Source of the DNA: Verrucomicrobiaceae bacterium
GTDB lineage: Bacteria; Verrucomicrobiota; Verrucomicrobiia; Verrucomicrobiales; Akkermansiaceae
DNA length: 64,000 nucleotides
Direction of reading: 5' to 3'
NCBI GenBank assembly: GCA_051252135.1
Contig: JBPOGH010000001.1
Span: 96,001-160,000, forward strand
This document shows, piece by piece, positions 38,553 through 46,913 of this stretch. The position numbers were made by a program, and so were the translations under genes. The notes under the pieces were generated by a model. The model was not told where the DNA came from. It ran no database searches and saw nothing but the letters and a program-made list of their open reading frames with translations. Numbering within the stretch: the first letter of the stretch is position 1; the number at the start of each line of letters is the position of its first letter.

Positions 38553-40019
38553 TCAGGAGATGAGGCGACCTTTGAAGACTTCGAGTGCCTCCTTGATTAG
38601 AGGATCGTCATGGAAGTCGTTTTCAGGCTCTTCAGCGGGAGTGTCCTCTGAGGGTATCCGGGCTGCTTCCGGTTCGGGATTGAGTTTGACCGGTTCGGGA
38701 TCAGGCATGACCGGAACCTCGGGGGCCGCGGCAATCAGGGCGTCGATTCCAACAGCGGGAGTCTCTTCAGCTTTGGCGCGTTGGGAAGTGGTGGGACCGG
38801 ATGGAGCTTCGGCCGGGGTGGCAGGAGCAGTGGGTTCTGCGGGAGCAGTGGAGGGAGGTGGGGCAAGTGGGGTCGCTTCGGGAAGAGGGCCGGCATTTCC
38901 AAGCGCTTTGATGACGTCGCTGAGCCGGATTTCCTGAAGATTTTGAATCGCTTTGAGGGCGGCGATTTCGAGGTGGAGTCGTTTGTTGGAGGCCCACTTC
39001 ATTCGGCTTTCGGCTTCTGCAAAGGTGTCGATGAGGGCGAGCAAGCGATCTGCGGGAAATGGAGCCGCGGCAGAGGAGAGGTCCGCCCAAAGGGCCTCCG
39101 GGAATCCTTCGCGGGTGGATTCGGCATCGAGCTTGGAGACGACAAGGGCGCGAATGGTTGCGACGACTTCGCCCAGGAGTTGGGAGAGGTCTTTTCCTGA
39201 TTCGAATTGTTCGTGGATGATGTTGAGAGCCTTTGCGGCGTCCTTGGTGAGGAGGCCATGGAGAAGTCCGGCAACGGTTTCCCGGGAGGTGAAGCCGAAC
39301 ACATCGAGGACGTTTGCTTCTGTGATTTCGTTTCCACAGAAAGCGACAAGTTGGTCCATCATGGATTGGGCGTCGCGCATGCCGCCGTCAGCACCCTTGG
39401 CAATGGCCCAAGCGGCCGAGTCGTCCAATTTTACGGCTTCTTCACTGGCAATATGCTGAAGATGGGAGGCGATGATTTCCGTGGGAATCGGGCGAAGGTC
39501 AAAGCGCTGGCAACGCGAAATAATGGTGGGGAGAATTTTATTCGGCTCGGTGGTGGCGAAGATGAACTTTACGTGCTCGGGTGGTTCCTCAAGGGTTTTG
39601 AGAAGGGCGTTGAAGGCCGCATTGGTGAGCATGTGAACTTCGTCGATGTAGTAAATTTTGAAGCGGCCCGATGCAGGGGCAAACTTAACGGTTTCGCGAA
39701 GTTCGCGGACTTGTTCGACTCCGTTGTTTGAGGCTCCGTCGATTTCGAGGACATCAAGTGCGCGGCCCTCGGCAATTTCGATGCAAATGGGATCATCCGG
39801 ATCGAAGTCGATTTTTGGTCCACCAGGGCAATTAAGGGCTTTGGAAAGAATACGGGCGGTGGAGGTTTTACCAGTGCCGCGGGGTCCTACGAAAAGATAG
39901 GCATGGGCGAGGCGCTCTTGCGCAATGGCATTTCGGAGAGTGTGAACGACGTGATCCTGCCCCAAAATGTCGGAGAAGGTGCGGGGACGATACTTGCGTG
40001 CAAAGACCTGATAACTCAC
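38553..40019 (-). CDS. dnaX: DNA polymerase III subunit gamma/tau
   Basis: ARKYRP, GPRGTGKT, IDEVHML, LKTLEEPP, SRC. GTG start at 40019. Confidence 0.96.
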   Translation of the reverse strand: MSYQVFARKYRPRTFSDILGQDHVVHTLRNAIAQERLAHAYLFVGPRGTGKTSTARILSKALNCPGGPKIDFDPDDPICIEIAEGRALDVLEIDGASNNGVEQVRELRETVKFAPASGRFKIYYIDEVHMLTNAAFNALLKTLEEPPEHVKFIFATTEPNKILPTIISRCQRFDLRPIPTEIIASHLQHIASEEAVKLDDSAAWAIAKGADGGMRDAQSMMDQLVAFCGNEITEANVLDVFGFTSRETVAGLLHGLLTKDAAKALNIIHEQFESGKDLSQLLGEVVATIRALVVSKLDAESTREGFPEALWADLSSAAAPFPADRLLALIDTFAEAESRMKWASNKRLHLEIAALKAIQNLQEIRLSDVIKALGNAGPLPEATPLAPPPSTAPAEPTAPATPAEAPSGPTTSQRAKAEETPAVGIDALIAAAPEVPVMPDPEPVKLNPEPEAARIPSEDTPAEEPENDFHDDPLIKEALEVFKGRLIS

Positions 40020-40083
40020 GGCGTTAAGTGTAGGGATGATTGGGAGTTTGTCATGACTGACTTTTCGAAATAGCGTCGCGGGC

Positions 40084-40542
40084 GTGGCAAATAACAAGTT
40101 AGAGGCTTACAAAGTCTGCCGGGAGCGCATTATCGCCCTTTGTTCGGGCGAGGACGATGTGATTGCAAAGATGGCTTCGGTCTCCTGTATCTTAAGCCAC
40201 GAGATGGAGAGATTTTTTTGGACGGGGTTCTATCGGGTGGTGGGTGACACTCTGGTGATCGGCCCATATCAAGGTACGGTGGGGTGTTTGAGGATTCCTT
40301 TTGGGAAGGGGGTCTGCGGGGAGGCGGCTTTGAGTGGAGAGACTCAGGTAGTTGCCAATGTGCATGAGTTTCCGGGGCATATTGCTTGCGATTCACGATC
40401 GAATAGCGAGATCGTGGTGCCGGTGAGAGATCGGAAGGGCGATCTAATCGCGGTTCTCGATATTGATTCGGAAGATCTGGGACATTTTGACGAAGTGGAC
40501 AGAGCGCAACTGGAGGCGCTGGTGTCGGACGTCTTCTCCTAG
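40084..40542 (+). CDS. msrC: GAF-domain free methionine-(R)-sulfoxide reductase
   Basis: WTGFY, GPYQG..GC.RI..GKGVCG, HIACD, SEIVVP, LDIDS. Confidence 0.85.
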   Translation: MANNKLEAYKVCRERIIALCSGEDDVIAKMASVSCILSHEMERFFWTGFYRVVGDTLVIGPYQGTVGCLRIPFGKGVCGEAALSGETQVVANVHEFPGHIACDSRSNSEIVVPVRDRKGDLIAVLDIDSEDLGHFDEVDRAQLEALVSDVFS

Positions 40543-41720
40543 CTTGGGCTGGGCGGAGATTGAATGAGGAGGCAACCTTCGAGGATGGGTTGCAGGACGT
40601 GGACGAAGTGGTGTCCTTCGGGTCGGAGGCGCTTTTCGAAGCGCTGTTCGATCTGCTCAAGGGTATAATCAAGATCTGCGCGGACCAAAGCATTCGCCCG
40701 GCCCCGGATGACGGCGACCATGAAGCAGTGCCGCCCGCTACGGATTAGGGCGAGGCGTTTGTCAGGCAGGTCGAAGTTCTTTTTGAGATTCCCGTCCTGA
40801 TCCTTCAATTCGCCCATGAGCTTGCTCACGTCGTAGCGTATCTTTCTGGGGTTGGCGTGGCGGGAGGGATCATGGCTCGCGTAGCTGATGAGGGAGTGGG
40901 TGTCGTAGCGCATCAGGAACACCTCCTCGACCCGGTAACGGTGAGTTTGCTCGAAAATGATGTCATCGTAGGTCTGGCTGGTGAAGAAAGCCTTCATGCG
41001 CCAGCTCATGCGATCGGTGAAACTGATTTGCCCGAAATGATGGGCGGTGAGCATTTGCTCGGCAATGGCCCGTCGAACGGTGCTCCGGAGCATGGGCTCC
41101 AGATAGGTATGCAGGCCTGTTTTGGGGGCATAGAGGGCCTTTTCGAGAGACGATTCCACGATTGGAAGCATGGCTTCGATGAGGTCTTCATCGGTGGTGC
41201 TCTGTGTGAATGTTTCAGGTTCCTCTGCTGTGCCGGATGCCTCAGGAGGGTTCGATGCTGCCTCGGTGTCGTTTTCACCGGGGAGGACGAGGTCCTTTTC
41301 CTTGGGTTCAAAGGGAGAGGGGATGGGGTAGGAGGTATCGACGGACCCCGGTCGTCTGGATGTCCCCTGAGCAACGGGTTTCGCTTTAACTGGAATCTCG
41401 GGGAGTGATGCTTCTTCCTCGGTGCTGAGGATGACACCGGACGGGGAGGGCATCGGTGCTGGTGATTCCTCCATGCTTCGTGCGACGCGTGCGACCAGGT
41501 CGCTTACGCTGGGGATGGGGGCGAGGGTTTCCGGACGGGGTCTGGTGGGAGAATGAGCCTGAAATTTGGGGAGTTGAGCCAAGGCTGGCTCCAGATCCTG
41601 AAGTGGGGGAAGGTCGAGACTGGCAGGAGGAAGTTTGGAATCTCCGAGAAGTTCGGCAAGACTTGGGAGCGGAGTTCTGCGCTCCAGTTTATCGAGTCCG
41701 GGGATGGAAGTGTCGCTCAT
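40539..41720 (-). CDS. Hypothetical protein (Pro-rich N-terminus, alpha/beta C-terminal domain)
   Basis: 393-aa ORF starting 11 bp after its partner gene; includes KALY.P, RVEEVFLM, VAVIRG, LEGCLL. Confidence 0.8.
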   Translation of the reverse strand: MSDTSIPGLDKLERRTPLPSLAELLGDSKLPPASLDLPPLQDLEPALAQLPKFQAHSPTRPRPETLAPIPSVSDLVARVARSMEESPAPMPSPSGVILSTEEEASLPEIPVKAKPVAQGTSRRPGSVDTSYPIPSPFEPKEKDLVLPGENDTEAASNPPEASGTAEEPETFTQSTTDEDLIEAMLPIVESSLEKALYAPKTGLHTYLEPMLRSTVRRAIAEQMLTAHHFGQISFTDRMSWRMKAFFTSQTYDDIIFEQTHRYRVEEVFLMRYDTHSLISYASHDPSRHANPRKIRYDVSKLMGELKDQDGNLKKNFDLPDKRLALIRSGRHCFMVAVIRGRANALVRADLDYTLEQIEQRFEKRLRPEGHHFVHVLQPILEGCLLIQSPPSPS

Positions 41721-41731
41721 ATCTCTGCTTG

Positions 41732-42277
41732 CTATAGGAGGTATCCGTCTTTGGGCGACGGACCGTCTTCATCTTCCATTGCCGCGCTTGCCATTCTGGC
41801 AAAGCGGCTCATCAGTTCCTTGCGGTCGATTTTCACATCCCGGAGTGCCTGGACGTCGCGATCAAGCTGGCCCTTCCATTGCAGAAGTTCGCTCTGTAAA
41901 TGGGTTAGTATTTCCCGGAATCGCGCGTCGATGCGAGCGGCCATTTCAGAAGCCAAGTCCTCGGCATCCCTGGTGTTTCCTGAGACTTCCGGATGGTTTG
42001 CAAGCTGGCTAAGGTGCTGATCAATCATGGCAAGCTGTTGTTTGCGCATGATTTTTTCCTGATGTAGCTCGAGTCGCAGCCCGTGGCATTCCTCATGCAG
42101 GGATGCGATCTTCTGTTGCATGTCTGAAACGGCGGCAGAAGACAGGGACGGGCCGGAGCCAGCCATTCCGCTCTCGATACGCTCAAGCCTGCCGTGGACC
42201 TGATTAAGGTCACGGCCCATAATGATCTCACGTATCCTCTCGACGTGTTGGGCCGGATTCAACGGAGAAGTGGACAT
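41732..42277 (-). CDS. Hypothetical coiled-coil protein
   Basis: VERIREIIMG...KIDRKEL; heptad-like helices; no TM segment. Confidence 0.8.
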   Translation of the reverse strand: MSTSPLNPAQHVERIREIIMGRDLNQVHGRLERIESGMAGSGPSLSSAAVSDMQQKIASLHEECHGLRLELHQEKIMRKQQLAMIDQHLSQLANHPEVSGNTRDAEDLASEMAARIDARFREILTHLQSELLQWKGQLDRDVQALRDVKIDRKELMSRFARMASAAMEDEDGPSPKDGYLL

Positions 42278-42493
42278 AGTCGCAGCATCGGTTGAGTTAG
42301 CTTTTCAAAAATCCGCAAGGGTGAAGAGAATGATGAAAAGGAATAAGGGTGAAGCGTCAGCATAAAGGCGGGCTGCACTCGGGGGCAATAAAATCGTGCC
42401 TCCTTAAGTTCTCCAAACCGTCAGAAAAGAATGATTTTTTTGGTATCTGGCGAAAGACATTGCTTGCAGCGTGTGTTATAGGTTCTTCACAGG

Positions 42494-43177
42494 ATGGCGA
42501 AGAAAGCGGCAAAAAAGGCGGGCAAGAAGTCCAAGGATGGGGACGTTGATCTCACAAGCGGCTATGCGAAAACTCGCAAGAGCATGATTGCGCGGCTTGA
42601 AAACTGGGAGGATCAGCGGACGTGGGATGAATTTTACAAGACGTATTGGAAGCTGATTTACTCGGTGGCGATCAAGTCCGGTCTTCGGCAGGATGAGGCG
42701 TTTGACACGGTTCAAGAGACGATTCTGTCGATCGCGAAGCAGAGTAAAAAGAATCTCTACGACCCCAAGCAGGGGTCTTTCAAGACATGGCTGATGAATA
42801 TGACGCGCTGGCGAATCAATGATCAGTTTCGGAAAAGGAAAAAGGATACAGCGATGCCGGGCGGCGGGTGGGACGACGAGAGGAAGACGGCAGTAATCGA
42901 CCGGTTTGAGGACCCAAAGGGAGACCTGTTGGAGCGGATGTGGGACGTCGAGTGGAAGAAAAGTGTGGCGGATATGGCGCTCACGAAAGTGAAGGCGCAG
43001 GTTTCGCCCAAGCAGTATCAAATTTTCGATTACTACGTGATCAAGCAGTGGGATGCCAAAAAAGTGCAAGACCACCTTGGCGTGAGCATGGCACAAGTCT
43101 ATCTTGCCAAGCACCGGGTTGGCTCGGTGCTGAAGAAAGAATTGTCGAAGCTCAACAAAGATGGAGAAGAAGATTAG
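42494..43177 (+). CDS. ECF sigma factor associated with a Ser/Thr kinase
   Basis: TRKSMIARL..WDEFY..Y, EAFDTVQET, GSFKTWL, region 4 VYLAKHRV; overlaps the kinase start. Confidence 0.92.
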   Translation: MAKKAAKKAGKKSKDGDVDLTSGYAKTRKSMIARLENWEDQRTWDEFYKTYWKLIYSVAIKSGLRQDEAFDTVQETILSIAKQSKKNLYDPKQGSFKTWLMNMTRWRINDQFRKRKKDTAMPGGGWDDERKTAVIDRFEDPKGDLLERMWDVEWKKSVADMALTKVKAQVSPKQYQIFDYYVIKQWDAKKVQDHLGVSMAQVYLAKHRVGSVLKKELSKLNKDGEED

Positions 43178-45800
43178 GCCCGATCCTCTGATTCCGGATC
43201 ATGAAGTCCTCCGGAAGGTGGGGGGGGGATCCTATGGGGAGGTTTGGCTGGCCCGTGGTGTGACGGGTGCGATGCGTGCGGTTAAATTGGTTTATCGGGA
43301 GGATTTTTCCGACGAGCGGACGTTTGAACGGGAGTTTGAGGGTATCTTGAAGTTCGAGCCACTTTCGCGGGATCATGCGGGTTTGGTGCATGTGCTTCAT
43401 GTTGGCCGAAGTGATGGAGCATCTCCATTTTACTATTATGTGATGGAGTTGGGTGATGATGCCTACTCTGACGAATTCAATCCGGTGGAGTATGAGCCGC
43501 GAACCTTGCGGACTGATATGAAATTAGCCAACGGAACTCCGTTGGACACCGACTTTTGCATTGAGACAGGGCGTTTGCTGGCGGATGCCTTGAGCCGGCT
43601 TCATGCCCAGGGGTTGACACACCGCGATGTAAAGCCTTCGAATGTCATTTTTGTAGATGGCAAACCCAAATTGGCTGACATCGGTTTGGTAGCGACGACG
43701 GATCAGCGTACGTTTGTGGGAACTGAGGGATTTGTGCCTCCCGAGGGACCGGGATCGGAGGGAGCGGACTTGTACAGTTTGGGTAAGGTCCTTTATGAGA
43801 TGGCGACGGGGATGGATCGTTTGGACTTTCCGGAATTACCTGATGAGGGGCCTCCGGAGAAGTCGCGGAAGAAGTGGATTCGGCTCAATCAGTTGATTTG
43901 TGACGTATGCGAGCCACGAATTGAAAAGCGGACAATCAAGACGGCCGCTCAATTCGCGCAAGCGCTGCACTTGTTACAAAAAGGGAAGCGAGCTCCACGG
44001 CAGATCTCGCCGATGGCAGGGGTTTTTTCCGCTTTGGTGATGATTCTGGTTCTGGCAGTGGGCCAAACCTGGTTGGAATACACGTGGGGCCGAACGGTGA
44101 TCGAAGGGAATCGGGAACCACTTCCAATCCGATACGTTTCGGTAAGGGTTCAAAGTGTTGATAATGAGCAGACGGTCTTATCGGGAGTGGATGTGTATGA
44201 CCCGAACGGAACGTGGCTGGAATCGACGCCACATCGGCTGCAGAACATTGCAGTGGGTGATCAATTGAAGCTAATTTTGAAGAGAAAGGGTTATCGTGAT
44301 GCCGTTGTTGAAAAGACGGTGGTGGATGATGGGACCGGAAGCATGTTGATTGAGGTCGAATTAACGAGATTCGCTCCGCCGATAGAAGGTGAAAGGTGGA
44401 ATGATGCACTGGGGATGGAGTATTTGCCAAGAGGGGAGGACCATCTTTCGGTAACCCATATAACCGAATCCCTATGGTCGGTATTTGCAGAGAGTCAGCA
44501 GGTGAAAGATCAGGCAATTGTATTTGATTCCACAGAAGCAGGAGTGCCGATACGTCTCGTCGCGGTATCGAACGAATCGGCTCAGAATTATGCAGCTTGG
44601 TTAACGGGAAAGTGTTTGGAGGAAGGATTCCTTGCCTTGTATTCGGACATCGAATTGGAGGAGAACCGGGAAATCAGGTCGAGGTATGACCGGAGTTATG
44701 CGGAAAATAAACTTCCGCCGGACGCGGTGGAAAAAGGCTGGCGCCCTTTTCGATGCTTCGTGCAGGTGATTCCTTATGCGACCTTATCGTTTGATTCCAC
44801 ACCCAAAGGGGCCTCCATTTATATCGAGGGAGAGTGGATTGGGGAGACGCAGTTGACTGATTTTGTGATCCTTCCCGGATTGGTGAATTACACGATCGAG
44901 CTGGAAGGATATCAGGCTGAAAGTGGAAGGCTGGTGCTCAATGATCGGGCGCATCAATCAATTGTGGTGGAGCTTAAGGAGGATAAAAGAGGCGTGGTAT
45001 TTGGCGCGGGAGCGCGAGACTGGAACAATAGTCTGGGGATGCGGTTCGCACCATTGGGAGAGGACCTGATGGTGAGTGTATGGGAAACCAGGTTGGGCGA
45101 CTACGAGGCATTCTTAAAAGCGAAGGGGCGGACAATGCCCGGCGCTTTCCGGGCGGAGTCGGTGAATCATCCAGCTGTCGGGATGACGCGTGCCGAAGCG
45201 CGGGAATTCTGTGATTGGCTGACTGAAGTGGAGCGAGCGACGGAAAATATCCAGACGCAACATCGCTATCGACTGCTTACTGATCTCGAATGGTCCGAGA
45301 TGGCCGGTCTTGAGGAGACAATGGCTCAACCGATTCAACGGGACAATGATCAGGCGAATGGAGGGATCTACTCCTGGGGGGTGGATATTTGGCCTCCACC
45401 TGAAAAGACCGGGAATTTTGCGGATCAATCGGCAGCCTCGAATGAGGGCATAGGAATGGCGAACGTGATCAACGACTATGTTGATGGGATGCCCAAAGCC
45501 TCTCCGGTTGGCTCCTTTCCACCAAATGAAAAAGGTTTCTACGATGTTGCCGGCAACGTTAAAGAGTGGGTCAACGACAACTATAAGGAAGGGGACGATG
45601 GCGCATTATACGGGGTGCTTCGGGGAGCTGATTGGAAGGGGTATGACAAGCAACATCTGGAGTTGAGATTCAGGGATTTTGTCGCACCCGCGAACCGTGG
45701 GGAAACTTACGGATTTCGAGTCGTGCTTGCAAAAGAAGAAGAACAGGACCAAAAAGAAACTGCAATTAACGCGAACGGAAATGGTGGAGATACGGATTGA
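43161..45800 (+). CDS. Membrane Ser/Thr protein kinase with PEGA and FGE-sulfatase (SUMF1-like) domains
   Basis: GGGSYG, AVK, HRDVKPSN, DIG, GTEGFVPPE, DLYSLG; one TM segment; PEGA (STPKGASIYIEG); FGE motifs GNVKEWV, RGADW, YGFRV. Confidence 0.93.
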   Translation: MEKKIRPDPLIPDHEVLRKVGGGSYGEVWLARGVTGAMRAVKLVYREDFSDERTFEREFEGILKFEPLSRDHAGLVHVLHVGRSDGASPFYYYVMELGDDAYSDEFNPVEYEPRTLRTDMKLANGTPLDTDFCIETGRLLADALSRLHAQGLTHRDVKPSNVIFVDGKPKLADIGLVATTDQRTFVGTEGFVPPEGPGSEGADLYSLGKVLYEMATGMDRLDFPELPDEGPPEKSRKKWIRLNQLICDVCEPRIEKRTIKTAAQFAQALHLLQKGKRAPRQISPMAGVFSALVMILVLAVGQTWLEYTWGRTVIEGNREPLPIRYVSVRVQSVDNEQTVLSGVDVYDPNGTWLESTPHRLQNIAVGDQLKLILKRKGYRDAVVEKTVVDDGTGSMLIEVELTRFAPPIEGERWNDALGMEYLPRGEDHLSVTHITESLWSVFAESQQVKDQAIVFDSTEAGVPIRLVAVSNESAQNYAAWLTGKCLEEGFLALYSDIELEENREIRSRYDRSYAENKLPPDAVEKGWRPFRCFVQVIPYATLSFDSTPKGASIYIEGEWIGETQLTDFVILPGLVNYTIELEGYQAESGRLVLNDRAHQSIVVELKEDKRGVVFGAGARDWNNSLGMRFAPLGEDLMVSVWETRLGDYEAFLKAKGRTMPGAFRAESVNHPAVGMTRAEAREFCDWLTEVERATENIQTQHRYRLLTDLEWSEMAGLEETMAQPIQRDNDQANGGIYSWGVDIWPPPEKTGNFADQSAASNEGIGMANVINDYVDGMPKASPVGSFPPNEKGFYDVAGNVKEWVNDNYKEGDDGALYGVLRGADWKGYDKQHLELRFRDFVAPANRGETYGFRVVLAKEEEQDQKETAINANGNGGDTD

Positions 45801-46284
45801 CTATGCGGGGCAGCTTCGCTGCGGGGCGACTCATGCTCCTTCCGGGGCGAAATTTGATACCGATGCCCCGGTCGATAACCAGGGAAGGGGGCAGTCGTTT
45901 TCGCCTACGGACCTAATTGCGACCGGTCTTGGGACATGCATGGCGACAGTGATGGGGATTGCGGGGAAAGCGAAGGGGGTTGAGTTAGGCGGGATGCGAG
46001 TGACCGTGGAAAAGCACATGTCAGAAGATTTGCCCCGGCGAATTGACAAGCTTGTGATTCAGATTTTCATGCCTCTTTCCGAGGATCATCCCGAGCGGCG
46101 AATCTTTCAGAGTGCCGCACTCAGCTGCCCGGTTCAGCATAGTATTCATCCGGATATTGAGGTGCCAATCATCTGGCATTGGAAGGCAACCAGTCCGACG
46201 CCCCCGGTTGGGCATGTGGCCCACTCTCCTGCAGTGCAGCGGATCGTTTCCCAGCCACCATCGACCAATCAGCCTTCGGCCTGA
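45781..46284 (+). CDS. OsmC family protein
   Basis: TDAP.DN.G.G.SFSPTDL...C...CPV; starts within the kinase 3' end. Confidence 0.9.
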   Translation: MVEIRIDYAGQLRCGATHAPSGAKFDTDAPVDNQGRGQSFSPTDLIATGLGTCMATVMGIAGKAKGVELGGMRVTVEKHMSEDLPRRIDKLVIQIFMPLSEDHPERRIFQSAALSCPVQHSIHPDIEVPIIWHWKATSPTPPVGHVAHSPAVQRIVSQPPSTNQPSA

Positions 46285-46913
46285 TAGTGGGCTTCAAGAA
46301 CTTTTAGGTAGTTCCCCGCAAAGACTGTTTTGACTTTGTCGATCTCGATGGGTTGATCGGCTTCGCTTTCGATGCTGGTCATGGAGACACCGCCGAGCCC
46401 ACAGGGAGTGATGTGTTCAAAGGGCTGAAGGCATGAACGGTTCACATTAAGGGCCATTCCGTGGAGCGTGACCCAAGCTCGGACTCCAACTCCCAGAGAG
46501 GCAATCTTTCGGTCTTCGACCCAAACTCCAGTGAGACCGGGACGGCGTTGTCCGGCGACTCCAAAATGGCGCAGGGTTAGAATGATTCCTTCCTCAAGAT
46601 TTCTAAGGTGCAGGTGGAGGTCCTTACGATAATGGGTTAGATCCAAAATAGCATATCCGGTGAGTTGTCCGGGGCCGTGGTAGGTTCCTTCTCCGCCTCG
46701 ATTGATTTCAACGACCGGGTGAGGAAGATGGGCTGTGACTCCGAGGCTGCTCTGGTCACGAGTGCGTCCGATCGTATAAACCGGTTGATGCTCAAGAAGA
46801 AGGAGGGTGTCTCCTATTTCTCCGGACCTGCGTTGTGCGACGAGTTTCTCCTGATGCTGCCAGATTAAATCAAAATCCCGGTCTTTGCCGAGGTCTCTTA
46901 CGTCGAGATTCAT
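46269..46913 (-). CDS. lipB: Lipoyl(octanoyl) transferase
   Basis: EHQPVYTIG, RGGEGTYHGPGQ, KIASLG, HGMALN, PCG. Confidence 0.95.
   Translation of the reverse strand: MNLDVRDLGKDRDFDLIWQHQEKLVAQRRSGEIGDTLLLLEHQPVYTIGRTRDQSSLGVTAHLPHPVVEINRGGEGTYHGPGQLTGYAILDLTHYRKDLHLHLRNLEEGIILTLRHFGVAGQRRPGLTGVWVEDRKIASLGVGVRAWVTLHGMALNVNRSCLQPFEHITPCGLGGVSMTSIESEADQPIEIDKVKTVFAGNYLKVLEAHYQAEG

Noticed and set aside
38553..39000. Programmed gamma/tau frameshift site in dnaX
   Set aside because: No A-rich slippery heptamer or long A-run seen in the 3' part of the gene.
42448..42463. Sigma-54-like TGGC...TTGC upstream of the ECF gene
   Set aside because: GG-to-GC spacing is one base longer than the strict -24/-12 requirement.
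45500..45800. FGE/C-type-lectin C-terminus as a diversity-generating retroelement target
   Set aside because: No reverse transcriptase and no template-repeat copy seen in the window.
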